64,000 nucleotides of DNA. Origin: a virus. Its lineage: Duplodnaviria; Caudoviricetes. The notes beneath the pieces were generated by a model. The model made no database searches. It worked only from the letters and a program-made list of their open reading frames with translations, and was not told where the DNA came from. Below are positions 26,942 through 35,357 of this stretch, piece after piece (position 1 is the first letter of the stretch; the number at the start of each line of letters is the position of its first letter). The position numbers were made by a program, and so were the translations under genes. The stretch is taken from the IMG/VR virus record IMGVR_UViG_3300049595_005065, one strand, 5' to 3'.

Positions 26942-27226
26942 GTGAAGACAAGAATTACCCGTACCAAGCAGGTAGCGCGCAAGGCTAGCGTGACGCTTGA
27001 AGACGGTTTTGTGATTATCAAACTTCCGTTTGTAACGGAAGGCAAGCCCAGCTCGACCGGTAAGACCAATATTCACGGCGCCACCCACGGCCCGCGGCGC
27101 GTGCTGCAAGAAACCGCCAACGGCATGGAGCCCGTGATCATTAACAATGGCTATCTTAAGGCCATTGCGTCTGTTTTTGCGGCACCAGACAGCCTTGACA
27201 ACAGCCAGAACGATTCCACCAACTGA
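26942..27226 (+). CDS. hypothetical protein (KPSSTGKT type)
   Basis: GTG 26942 after AAGGA; in frame with ORF 26789..27226. Confidence 0.6.
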   Translation: MKTRITRTKQVARKASVTLEDGFVIIKLPFVTEGKPSSTGKTNIHGATHGPRRVLQETANGMEPVIINNGYLKAIASVFAAPDSLDNSQNDSTN

Positions 27227-27237
27227 CAGGAGGATTT

Positions 27238-28353
27238 ATGTCCAACACGGAACAGAGACGAGATCGCAACTTCCACCGCAGCGCGCCGACGAACGAGATC
27301 GCAGAGCAGCTGCTGATCGGCCTGCCTCGTGATACGTCGCTCAGAACGCTGCCTCATGTCCTGCCCGGCTGTTCGCTTGACGCAAACGGGCGCGCAATTC
27401 CCGAAGAGGAACGGCAGCCGCAGGTCTGGGAAGACGGCGTCTACATCGCGGTGTGCAACCGGGTCGCGCGCGAATTGCAGAAGTACAACACCTGCAATCG
27501 CAATCGCCGCGAAAACAACGTCACGCGACTTGTCGACGCGATGATGACCAACGCGTGGATGTACAACGGAAAGTCGAGCACGCTGGCCTGCTCGAACACG
27601 GCAATCCTCGACAGCCAGCATTTCCTCGAGGCAGCCGTGCGCTACTTCGAGGGGCCGGAGACCGAGCACGTCAAGCGACCGTTCTTGATGCGCGTCGAGA
27701 TGGGGCTGCCGCCAGAAACCTTCGCAACCTACGACAATGGCGCCAAGCGCACTGTCGCAGACACGCTGGTTGTCGGCGCGGCAACGGGATCGGTCGACTA
27801 CGGCGACGTTTCGGACACGTTGCTGGCGTCGTCGCAGAGGCTGCTGTTGCAGTATCTCAACAACGTCCATGATGACCTCAAGCCGACGGATCTCGAGTAC
27901 CTGCCCAACGAACGGGCCGGTCTCGTGAACAGCCGCGCTTGCGATATCCTCCGGGCATATCCAAACCTGGTGTCGTCCGCAGCGTTCATCACCACCCTTC
28001 GTGGCCTGCAGGCTTTTGTGAAGGGCCACGTTGCGGTGGTCGCGCACATGCTGATCTCGGAGATCCAGTCGACCAACGCCGCAAACAACTTCCTTCGCGG
28101 CCTGGCCACCGGTGTTAACCTCGAGGAAGGCAGCCCGGTGCTCGCATTGCGCAGCGTCTACATGAAGTCGCGCTCGCGAAAGCGTCGGATGGAAGGTCCC
28201 GAGGCGCTTGCGTTTTTCATCCGCGCCTGGAACTTTTTCGCAGAAGGAAAGACCATCTCGGCTGGTCGTCTGCGTGGGTTCGATCCGGAAAACAAGATCC
28301 CCGTGCCGCAGAGACTGTCTCGAGCGCGTCGAACTGAGGCTGTCGAGAGCTGA
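27238..28353 (+). CDS. ParB-like N-terminal domain protein (divergent)
   Basis: NRNRR...V..L...M....W...G...ILDSQHFL.A (cf. LDGQHRL) and YDNGAKRTVAD; AGGAGG RBS. Confidence 0.55.
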   Translation: MSNTEQRRDRNFHRSAPTNEIAEQLLIGLPRDTSLRTLPHVLPGCSLDANGRAIPEEERQPQVWEDGVYIAVCNRVARELQKYNTCNRNRRENNVTRLVDAMMTNAWMYNGKSSTLACSNTAILDSQHFLEAAVRYFEGPETEHVKRPFLMRVEMGLPPETFATYDNGAKRTVADTLVVGAATGSVDYGDVSDTLLASSQRLLLQYLNNVHDDLKPTDLEYLPNERAGLVNSRACDILRAYPNLVSSAAFITTLRGLQAFVKGHVAVVAHMLISEIQSTNAANNFLRGLATGVNLEEGSPVLALRSVYMKSRSRKRRMEGPEALAFFIRAWNFFAEGKTISAGRLRGFDPENKIPVPQRLSRARRTEAVES

Positions 28354-28361
28354 TCTTTCTA

Positions 28362-28417
28362 GATTGGGAGATTGGGAGGGATGGCAGGGCTGTGTAGCCC
28401 TGCCTCCCAACCAAATC
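28362..28417 (+). terminator. gene-end hairpin with T-GTGT-A loop (4 of 4)
   Basis: GGCAGGGCT-GTGT-AGCCCTGCC extended by TTGGGA/TCCCAA and GATTGG/CCAAATC. Confidence 0.75.
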
Positions 28418-28429
28418 CTCTACTCCCTT

Positions 28430-28582
28430 ATGGCCACCGAAGGTGGCCATCTAGGTCAGGGCAAATCGGACAGCTTTTTTTCTTAGCTGTCAACGTAAGT
28501 GCTCTGTTTGCAAAGACTTAAGTAGGCTGCGCGCAGCGTTTTTCGCAGCGCACTCTCAAAAAACTGCGCGTAAGTCTTTGCA
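28430..28582. other. structured AT-rich intergenic region (hairpins 2 and 3)
   Basis: ATGGCCACC-GAA-GGTGGCCAT (28430-28450); TGCAAAGACTTA/TAAGTCTTTGCA (28509-28520, 28571-28582) enclosing CGCGCAG/CTGCGCG and T5/A6. Confidence 0.7.
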
Positions 28583-28616
28583 GTTCTTCAAGTTATGTCT
28601 CGTTTTGAGGAGCCGA

Positions 28617-29432
28617 ATGGCTGAGAGTCCGCGCTCACCACCCCGAAAGATATCTATTCGCCCGATCCGCCAGGCTGCTGTCGAGCCTGAAACCCGCGGC
28701 GTCGTGCTCTATCGCGGCGAAAGCCCCTTCTTGCCCGACGGCGATCGCTCGTACGCCGTGATCCTGACGTTCCAGTCTGACAACCGGAAGACCGGCGACA
28801 TGGCGCAGATCTGGCTCATCCCCGAGAACGAGTCACCGCTCATGGCGCGCCAGCTCGGTCTGCACCAGATCGTCTGCGGCGACTGTCCCGTCGTAGCTCT
28901 GTGCTACGTGAACCTCGCACACCGCCCCAGGACGCTCTACGAGGCCTACAAGCGCGGAGAGTACCCAGACGCCGGTCCAGCGCTCTACGAGCCCGTGGTG
29001 GCCTTCAAGGGCGTCCGGTTCGGCGCCTACGGCGACCCGGTCCTGATTCCGCTGCCGATGGTCGAGCGGCTGGTCGCCCTGGCGGGTCGGCGCTTCACCG
29101 GGTACACCCACCAGTGGCGCCGCCCGGAGTACCAGGTCTACCGGCCCTACTTCATGGCGAGCTGCGAGACCCTTGAGGACGCGCAGCTGGCCGAGAGCAT
29201 GGGCTGGCGCTGGTACATGGTCACGCTTGACGAGACCGTGCCCGGCGCCGTGCTGTGCCCCCACCAGAACGAACAGAACAAGTACGAGGTGAAGTGCAAC
29301 ACCTGCTGGGCCTGCAATGGCGCCAGCCGCCCTGTCGGTGCACGGCAGCGCGCCAACATCATCGCGCGGCCAACAGGCCACAACCACAGCGCCACACGTT
29401 GGCGCAAACACATGGAGAAACAAACTGCATGA
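28617..29432 (+). CDS. Cys-rich GP88/DUF7227-like phage protein
   Basis: SDNRKTGDM.Q.W, CGDCP...CYV, VRFGAYGDP, FTGYTHQW, MASCET, CPHQ...CNTCWAC. Confidence 0.65.
   Translation: MAESPRSPPRKISIRPIRQAAVEPETRGVVLYRGESPFLPDGDRSYAVILTFQSDNRKTGDMAQIWLIPENESPLMARQLGLHQIVCGDCPVVALCYVNLAHRPRTLYEAYKRGEYPDAGPALYEPVVAFKGVRFGAYGDPVLIPLPMVERLVALAGRRFTGYTHQWRRPEYQVYRPYFMASCETLEDAQLAESMGWRWYMVTLDETVPGAVLCPHQNEQNKYEVKCNTCWACNGASRPVGARQRANIIARPTGHNHSATRWRKHMEKQTA
28646..28657. repeat. dispersed palindrome site AAAGATATCTAT
   Basis: Exact; reads R-K-I-S-I. Confidence 0.9.
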
Positions 29433-29683
29433 TCATTAACTGCGTCGTTGCCTGCCGTAACGCGGAAGGCGTGTCTGATTTCTATTTCTGCAAGGTCGAT
29501 CTTCCGGAAGAAGAGTACGACATCGGCACGCATTACGAGCTGGCCGAAGACGCCGCTTTGAGCGAGGGTTACGAGGGGCCGATGGTTACGTTCGATGAAA
29601 ACGACGGCCCGGACTGGCTGTTTGAGCGTTTTGTCTGGGACTCTGCCGACATAGTTGCAGAAGGGGACGAGGAGGACGACTGA
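29429..29683 (+). CDS. acidic hypothetical protein
   Basis: ATG 29429 (ATGA coupling). Confidence 0.7.
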   Translation: MIINCVVACRNAEGVSDFYFCKVDLPEEEYDIGTHYELAEDAALSEGYEGPMVTFDENDGPDWLFERFVWDSADIVAEGDEEDD

Positions 29684-29871
29684 TGGCGCTGCGCAAGGAA
29701 GAACAGGCCCGCCTCGACGCGGAGCGCGACCGCCTCCCCGAGGAGGCCAAGCAGATGCGCCGAAATTTCGCTCTGATGATGCTGGAAAAGCTTGACGCGC
29801 AGATTCGGCGCGGTAGGATCACCAACTCTCCACGGAAGGATTCTCGCCATGGCTTGTCAGCCGGAAGCTGA
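29683..29871 (+). CDS. hypothetical protein
   Basis: TGATG coupling. Confidence 0.55.
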   Translation: MALRKEEQARLDAERDRLPEEAKQMRRNFALMMLEKLDAQIRRGRITNSPRKDSRHGLSAGS

Positions 29872-30121
29872 CCCCTTCTACGATCTGCGGCTCACGAACC
29901 CCGAGGCCCTGCTGGCCGACGGATTCGAGGCCGCCTATCTCGGCTTCACGATCAATCACCACCACGCGATGGTCGCCACGTACGACTACGACAAGTGCGT
30001 AACCGTGCTCGTAGAGCGCGACGGCATGACCGACGAGGAAGCCGAAGAGTTTCTGTCCTTCAACACGTTGGACGCCTACGTCGGCGAGAACGGTCCGTTG
30101 TTTATCAAGAGGCCCTCATGA
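29849..30121 (+). CDS. phage hypothetical protein (ADGF...EEA.EF..FN...AYVGE..P type)
   Basis: ATG 29849 after AAGGA. Confidence 0.75.
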   Translation: MACQPEADPFYDLRLTNPEALLADGFEAAYLGFTINHHHAMVATYDYDKCVTVLVERDGMTDEEAEEFLSFNTLDAYVGENGPLFIKRPS

Positions 30122-30684
30122 CCATCCGCAAGCGGTTTGACGTCCCCCGGCGCAATGACCGGTGTCCCTGCGGCAGCGGCAAGAAGTTCAAGAAGTGCTG
30201 CACGCCCAGTGCGCCGCATCAGTCAAACGGCCACCACAGCCGCGCCGTGGGCTATATCGACGACGGCGAGGATGCCGTGCGTTGGGTGATTACCAACGCG
30301 CGGGGCACGAGCTTCTTCTCGGACAAAGACAACAAAATCTTGGTGTTCACCGACAAGGCCGTGGCGTTCGCCATTGCGCATATGTCGGAGTTCTCCAGCC
30401 AGGAGCCGGGCGAGATCAACGTCGCTGCGGTCGGCGAAAGCAAATTCAAGCATCTATGTGAAATACTGCCCTACGTGGAGGTCTCGGACGTCGAGACTGG
30501 CGTGGAACTGGTCCTGCAGCGGATTGAGGCCCGGCAGGCAGAACTAAACACTCAAGAAGGAACGGAAGATGGCAACCAAGAAGAAAACCAAGCGGGCGGC
30601 GGCCAAGACGGCAGCGCCCCCGAAGAAGCGCCTGACCAAGGCCCAGAAGCTGGCGGAGGCGCGGCGGGAGATAGCCCGGCGTAA
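30118..30684 (+). CDS. SEC-C motif protein
   Basis: RNDRCPCGSGKKFKKCC at N-terminus; ATG 30118. Confidence 0.8.
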   Translation: MTIRKRFDVPRRNDRCPCGSGKKFKKCCTPSAPHQSNGHHSRAVGYIDDGEDAVRWVITNARGTSFFSDKDNKILVFTDKAVAFAIAHMSEFSSQEPGEINVAAVGESKFKHLCEILPYVEVSDVETGVELVLQRIEARQAELNTQEGTEDGNQEENQAGGGQDGSAPEEAPDQGPEAGGGAAGDSPA

Positions 30685-31246
30685 CAAGATCTACGCCGAG
30701 GCTTCCGCGGCCGAGAAGCGCGTGCTGATCGCCAAAGACGTAATCGCTCAGCTCAAAGACAATCGAATCGTCGCCGAGTCGGGCACCTGGACGCGCATCG
30801 ACCTCAAGCGCGGCGCCAAGGATGTTGTGTACGGAGAGCAGGACGCGTTTCAGAAGACGTTCCTGACCACGCCGGAAATGTCGTGCAACTGCTGCGCGGT
30901 CGGTTCGCTGTTTATCGGCTGCACGCTCTACGCCAACAAGCTCACCAACGACGATGTTGACGACAACTGGCAGCTGGGCGACGACATTATTACCCGAAAG
31001 CGGTTCGCCAACGGCTTCAACAAGCTCTTCTCAGCGAAGCAGCTGGGCCTGATCGAGACGGCATTCGAAGGCTGCACGGAGTTCTTCACGGACGACGATG
31101 CCGTGGGCTACATGGCTCCGCCGGTGTCCGACGAAGAGCTGAATAGCGCTCTTATTGGCTACTACAACAAGTTCGCGTCGCCCAAGGCGCGGCTGGTCGC
31201 GATTATGGAAAACATCATCGCAAACGAAGGGGCGTTCAAGCCGTGA
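30569..31246 (+). CDS. hypothetical protein with K/A-rich N-terminus
   Basis: GGAAG upstream; CNCCAVG motif; overlaps the low-complexity tail of the SEC-C gene. Confidence 0.75.
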   Translation: MATKKKTKRAAAKTAAPPKKRLTKAQKLAEARREIARRNKIYAEASAAEKRVLIAKDVIAQLKDNRIVAESGTWTRIDLKRGAKDVVYGEQDAFQKTFLTTPEMSCNCCAVGSLFIGCTLYANKLTNDDVDDNWQLGDDIITRKRFANGFNKLFSAKQLGLIETAFEGCTEFFTDDDAVGYMAPPVSDEELNSALIGYYNKFASPKARLVAIMENIIANEGAFKP

Positions 31247-31509
31247 GCAAGAACCAAAACAACAACAGTTGGAGCGGCGTCGCGATTGTCTTGTTCGTCA
31301 TCGCGCTGGTGCTGACGTTTGTGCAGTCGCTTTTTGACAAGTCGCCCAGCAGTAGCTCGAGCTACACTCCGCCGCGTGACAACTCGTTTGAGCGGCGGTA
31401 CGTCGAGGAGCGATTCAAGCAGGAGGGCTACAGCCGCAGCGAGTCCGCCCAGGCGGCCGACGCGATCCTGAAGTTCCAGCAGGCGCAGGAAGCGCGGCGC
31501 AACCGGTAA
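31243..31509 (+). CDS. single-TM membrane protein
   Basis: Hydrophobic GVAIVLFVIALVLTFV. Confidence 0.7.
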   Translation: MSKNQNNNSWSGVAIVLFVIALVLTFVQSLFDKSPSSSSSYTPPRDNSFERRYVEERFKQEGYSRSESAQAADAILKFQQAQEARRNR

Positions 31510-31523
31510 CAGTCACAGGTGAT

Positions 31524-31596
31524 TGCCCAGTAGCTCAGTTGGTAGAGCTGGCGACTGTTAATCGCCCTGTCCCAGGTTCGAGTCCTGGCTGGGCAG
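31524..31596 (+). tRNA. trnN: tRNA-Asn(GTT)
   Basis: Full cloverleaf: TGCCCAG/CTGGGCA, GCTC/GAGC, GGCGA-CTGTTAA-TCGCC, CCAGG-TTCGAGT-CCTGG; no encoded CCA. Confidence 0.95.
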
Positions 31597-31615
31597 TTCA
31601 CCTGGCTAACAGATG

Positions 31616-31686
31616 AGCCCAGTAGCTCAGTGGCAGAGTCCGATATTGTATGTCGGAGGACCCAGGTTCGATTCCTGGCTGGGCGC
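31616..31686 (+). tRNA. tRNA-Thr(TGT)-like, non-canonical
   Basis: Acceptor and T stems match tRNA-Asn; anticodon arm CCGAT-ATTGTAT-GTCGG; one nt short at the D/anticodon junction, A:G at pair 1, A at position 32. Confidence 0.65.
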
Positions 31687-31704
31687 ACCTTGTTTACCCC
31701 AAGG

Positions 31705-31716
31705 AAAGATATCTAT
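31705..31716. repeat. dispersed palindrome site AAAGATATCTAT
   Basis: Exact; lies between the AAGGA RBS and the ATG at 31715. Confidence 0.95.
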
Positions 31717-32137
31717 GAGTCCTGAACTTGAAGAAAAACTGGTCACGGATTTCTCGGAGCTGTTTCACCGCATCCGGACTCACCCCACAACAAATACGCG
31801 TTACTACGGCTGCGAAACGGGCGACGGCTGGTTTCAGCTTGTCTACCAGCTGTGCGACACAATCTCCAGCTACGTGAAGCACGAGAAGGAGCAGGGCCGA
31901 GACGTCGCGGTTAAGGTTTTGCAGGTCAAGGAGAAGTTCGGCGGCCTGCGGTTCTACATCGAGGGTGGCGACGATTTTGTGCGCGGCGCCATCGAGCTGG
32001 CCGAGAACCTTTCCACGCATATCTGTGAAACCACCGGGCGCCCGGGTCAGCTTTGCCGCAAGCCCAGTGGTTGGTTCGTAACGCTTTGCTCCGAAGAGGC
32101 CGAGAAGATTCAAGCCGTGCCGTACAAATCTATTTAG
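31715..32137 (+). CDS. phage hypothetical protein (GDGW...QVKEKFGGLRFY type)
   Basis: ATG 31715 in frame with ORF 31613..32137. Confidence 0.8.
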   Translation: MSPELEEKLVTDFSELFHRIRTHPTTNTRYYGCETGDGWFQLVYQLCDTISSYVKHEKEQGRDVAVKVLQVKEKFGGLRFYIEGGDDFVRGAIELAENLSTHICETTGRPGQLCRKPSGWFVTLCSEEAEKIQAVPYKSI

Positions 32138-32163
32138 TTTTTTATTTGTGACAGGGAGGTTTC

Positions 32164-33198
32164 GTGTTTGGTATTGAACAGGACCGTATGAAAGATTGGA
32201 GAATCGCCAGCGTGAGCACACGCACTGCGCAGCGATTCTCCATTCGGTACGTCCTTTATCCGGCGTCGGTGTTACGGCGCCACAGCAAAGAAATGCGCTT
32301 CGAGTGCATCGTGCGCATGGTCCATCGTGTTCACGGTCTCTGGTTTCGCCGCGTCAAGGACCTGATCACCAACCGCATGTGGCAGCCTGGCGACCTGCAC
32401 GCAACCCGGAGCTCGCAACTGTTCACGTTTCGGCGGGTCATGAACTGCCGCCCGTCCAGCGTGTACTTTCGGTTCGGCAACACCGGACGGCTGCGCCCCT
32501 GCAAGCAGCACCGCGTGTGTCCGTTCTGCTGGGGCCGCGTCGCGGCACTCCTGTACCGGCGTTTCAAGCGGCGGATCACCAGCGCGCGCAAGACGCACGA
32601 CAAGCTGGTGCTGACGTGTCGCGTGGTCACGTATCCCGTGCGCGTCAAGAACTTCAACAACGCGCAGGGCCTCAGCCCGGAAGAAATGCTCGCCCAGGCG
32701 CGCCGTCTTCGAGACCTCTTCACCAAGCAGCGCGCGGATTACCGGCAGCTGGTGAAACAACTCCAGCGCAAAACCGTTGGTTCAGCCTGGCGGGTACTGG
32801 TCAATCCGCAGGAGGACGGCTGGAACATTGAGGTCCGCCAGCTGTTTCTGGCCCGGCCCCGCGCACAGCTCCCGAGGATCAAATGGCGCGGCGCCAAGAC
32901 GACGCTGCTGGAGTCCGTCAAGTTTTCCGACGACGAGCGGATCTACGCCCTGCTGGGCGCGTTCATGACGTATCCTGCGGGCCTGCTGACCGCGTATGCC
33001 GAGCTGACGGCCGTCTATCTGCAGGCCAGCTACGGACTGCGGCTGGCAAGCGGCACGGGCGTGTTTCGCACCTGCGGCGATGGACTGTGCAAGGCGTTCA
33101 AGAAGGACAAGCTCCATGGCGAAGCGACCACAACTCCGGAAGCAAAGAAAGAAGGCAGTGATGTCCTCGACTTTGCTGAGGATCCAGTACCTGTGTGA
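32164..33198 (+). CDS. basic hypothetical protein with Cys cluster
   Basis: GGGAGG RBS then GTG; PCKQHRVCPFCW. Confidence 0.7.
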   Translation: MFGIEQDRMKDWRIASVSTRTAQRFSIRYVLYPASVLRRHSKEMRFECIVRMVHRVHGLWFRRVKDLITNRMWQPGDLHATRSSQLFTFRRVMNCRPSSVYFRFGNTGRLRPCKQHRVCPFCWGRVAALLYRRFKRRITSARKTHDKLVLTCRVVTYPVRVKNFNNAQGLSPEEMLAQARRLRDLFTKQRADYRQLVKQLQRKTVGSAWRVLVNPQEDGWNIEVRQLFLARPRAQLPRIKWRGAKTTLLESVKFSDDERIYALLGAFMTYPAGLLTAYAELTAVYLQASYGLRLASGTGVFRTCGDGLCKAFKKDKLHGEATTTPEAKKEGSDVLDFAEDPVPV

Positions 33199-34255
33199 GC
33201 GGCATTTCGGCGGCAACATCGGCGCCTTTGCGCGGGCCGTCAAGATCCACCGCGAAACAGCGTCCGATATCCTGCGCGGCAAGACCACGCCCCAGATGCT
33301 GGTCCTGATCAAGCTGATTCGTTCCCGCCTGGTGAACGCCGAGTGGCTGCTCTGCGGCACGGGGCCCATCAGTCCGGACGAGCCCGGAGACGCGCTGCCA
33401 CACTTTGCGCTGGCCAGTGAGATCAACAGCTCGCACGCGTTTCTCGACAGCGCAGCGGTGCAGTTTGTGATTCCGCGACCCGTCCAGGCGCCCCGCGCGC
33501 CTGGTTCCGGCAAACTGACCAACGACGCCCTGCTGCAGGCGCGCCTCATCCACCAGGCGAGAAGCCACCACAAGCCCGTCGTGCTGTTTCTTGGCCGCGA
33601 GGCCGTTGAACAGAATGTCGGGCCTGTCGTGGTTCAACTGCTGCGCAAGGGTTACGTCACCGGCGTGGCGCTCAGCAGTGCCGCGGCCGCCCTGGACTTT
33701 GAGCAGGCGATTTTTGGCGGGCACCTGCCGGACAGCTCGCGGCGCGCCGAGATGGCGGAGCTGAACCGCGCCGCCGTGCGGGGCGCGCAGTCTGGCCTGG
33801 GCTACGGCGAAGCGCTGGGCCGCTGGAGTTACCCGGCCAGCGCACAGCGCGACCAGAGCGTGATTGCGGTAGCGTACGAACTGAACGTGCCCGCCACGAT
33901 TCATCTGGCGCTCGGAGACACTCCGGCGCATTTCTTTCCGGCCAACAACGCCGCCGAACTGGGCGCGGCGCTGGGGGCCGTGAGTTACGTGGACACGCTG
34001 ATCTTTGCCGAGGAGGTCCGGCAGATGGCGGGCACGCCCAGCGGCGTGTTCCTGGCCGCCGACACCGGCGGGCACAGCGCGCAACTGTTTGCCAACGTAC
34101 TGGAGGCCGTGCATAGCGATAAAGAAACCCACATCAACGACTCGACATTGTCCGTGATCGGCAGGGAGTACCGGCATACGCTCCCTGCGCTACTGACCGC
34201 ATGTGATGCCGTTTACGACGGGAGTGCAGATGACAACAGATTGCGTCGGAAGTGA
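33161..34255 (+). CDS. XRE/CI-type HTH fused to a deoxyhypusine-synthase-like (GSU2086-like) domain
   Basis: N-terminus GNIGAFARAVKIHRETASDILRGK...VNAEWLLCGTGP; C-terminus KPVVLFLG...LLRKGYVTGVA...GLGYGEALG...AYELNVPATIH. Confidence 0.6.
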   Translation: MSSTLLRIQYLCERHFGGNIGAFARAVKIHRETASDILRGKTTPQMLVLIKLIRSRLVNAEWLLCGTGPISPDEPGDALPHFALASEINSSHAFLDSAAVQFVIPRPVQAPRAPGSGKLTNDALLQARLIHQARSHHKPVVLFLGREAVEQNVGPVVVQLLRKGYVTGVALSSAAAALDFEQAIFGGHLPDSSRRAEMAELNRAAVRGAQSGLGYGEALGRWSYPASAQRDQSVIAVAYELNVPATIHLALGDTPAHFFPANNAAELGAALGAVSYVDTLIFAEEVRQMAGTPSGVFLAADTGGHSAQLFANVLEAVHSDKETHINDSTLSVIGREYRHTLPALLTACDAVYDGSADDNRLRRK

Positions 34256-35357
34256 CGTACTAGACGATTTCCTGAAGGTGGCAGCGCCCGCGTCAAAGGA
34301 CAGCCACCGATTGATGCTTGCCGCCGCGCTGCTGGAGGTTCTCCGGCTAGCGGGCAGCGAGTCAAAGACCCCGGGTATCGCCCGGGCCAAAATGGTCACG
34401 GCGGCAGAGCAGCTGGCCGCTTATGACTTTTCGGGGCTCACGTTCTCGATTACCCGCGCCACGCGCAGCGACACCATCAAAGATATCTTTGACCAGGTCG
34501 GCACGCCCCCGGAACAGCGCGACCGCGTGATCCTTGAAGCCCTGCGCCAGTTCGTGAACGTGGTGCAGCTCGAGCCCGAGGTCTCCAGCCAGGAGCTGTT
34601 CAACCAGCTCGTGGCCGAAGCGGCCATAGGCTTCAACGCCCCGCCGCTCCCAGCGCCACCTCCCACGCCGCCGGTTCGCGTGGCAAAGAAAGCGCCGGAG
34701 CTGTCGCAGTCCAAGAACCTCTCCGGCGTGTTCCAGGCGGCCAAGTTCTCGCCCGAGGGTAGCCCCGCCGTGGAGCTGCTCAACTGGCAAAGCGAGTATC
34801 CGGACGCCAAGGGCCTGGGTCCGCAGCTTGCGGCGCTCGCGCTGGCTGAGACAGGCGGCGAGATGAAGATCCTCACGGAGACCGGCGAGTTCGTCTGGCT
34901 GCCCAAGGAAACGTTCCTGCTCGCCAAGGCGGCACCCGAGGAGTACGCCATGGTGCCTCCAGCGCTGTTGGCCAGCGCCCGCATTGCCGCGCCGTGGAAC
35001 TGGACCGCCGATGGTGACATGGAGGCGCGATATGACGCGCGCTTTGGCCGTTTTACGCAGCCTGTTCTGTTTGCCAGCTACGGCCCCGACTTTGTGGGCG
35101 CGCTGCAAGACGTCTTCGATCGACCTGGTAATTACCCGCCGGGGAGCGCTGTCGCAGTCACGCTCAACGTTGACGGAACTCCATATTCCGTTACGCTGGA
35201 CGCCCGTGTTTCCAAAACAGGTCCTTACGTGACGGCAAAGCTGCTGGACGCCAGCGAGAACATCGTGATGCGGCTTGACACGCCCCGCCAGTTCTCGCCG
35301 CGGGGCGTATATTTGTTTCCACTGCCGGAAACGGCTGTCGCGCTACTGGTGTTTTAA
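34230..35357 (+). CDS. hypothetical protein
   Basis: ATG 34230 after GGGAG; TAATG coupling to hldE. Confidence 0.7.
   Translation: MTTDCVGSDVLDDFLKVAAPASKDSHRLMLAAALLEVLRLAGSESKTPGIARAKMVTAAEQLAAYDFSGLTFSITRATRSDTIKDIFDQVGTPPEQRDRVILEALRQFVNVVQLEPEVSSQELFNQLVAEAAIGFNAPPLPAPPPTPPVRVAKKAPELSQSKNLSGVFQAAKFSPEGSPAVELLNWQSEYPDAKGLGPQLAALALAETGGEMKILTETGEFVWLPKETFLLAKAAPEEYAMVPPALLASARIAAPWNWTADGDMEARYDARFGRFTQPVLFASYGPDFVGALQDVFDRPGNYPPGSAVAVTLNVDGTPYSVTLDARVSKTGPYVTAKLLDASENIVMRLDTPRQFSPRGVYLFPLPETAVALLVF
34477..34492. repeat. dispersed palindrome site, extended to 16 bp (TCAAAGATATCTTTGA)
   Basis: Exact core 34479-34490; encodes KDIF. Confidence 0.9.

Noticed and set aside
9980-33271. Bare GATATC at 9980, 27943 and 33266, and half-sites at 16648 and 47589
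   Set aside because: They lack AT flanks on one or both sides and are no more frequent than chance, so they were not counted as motif sites.
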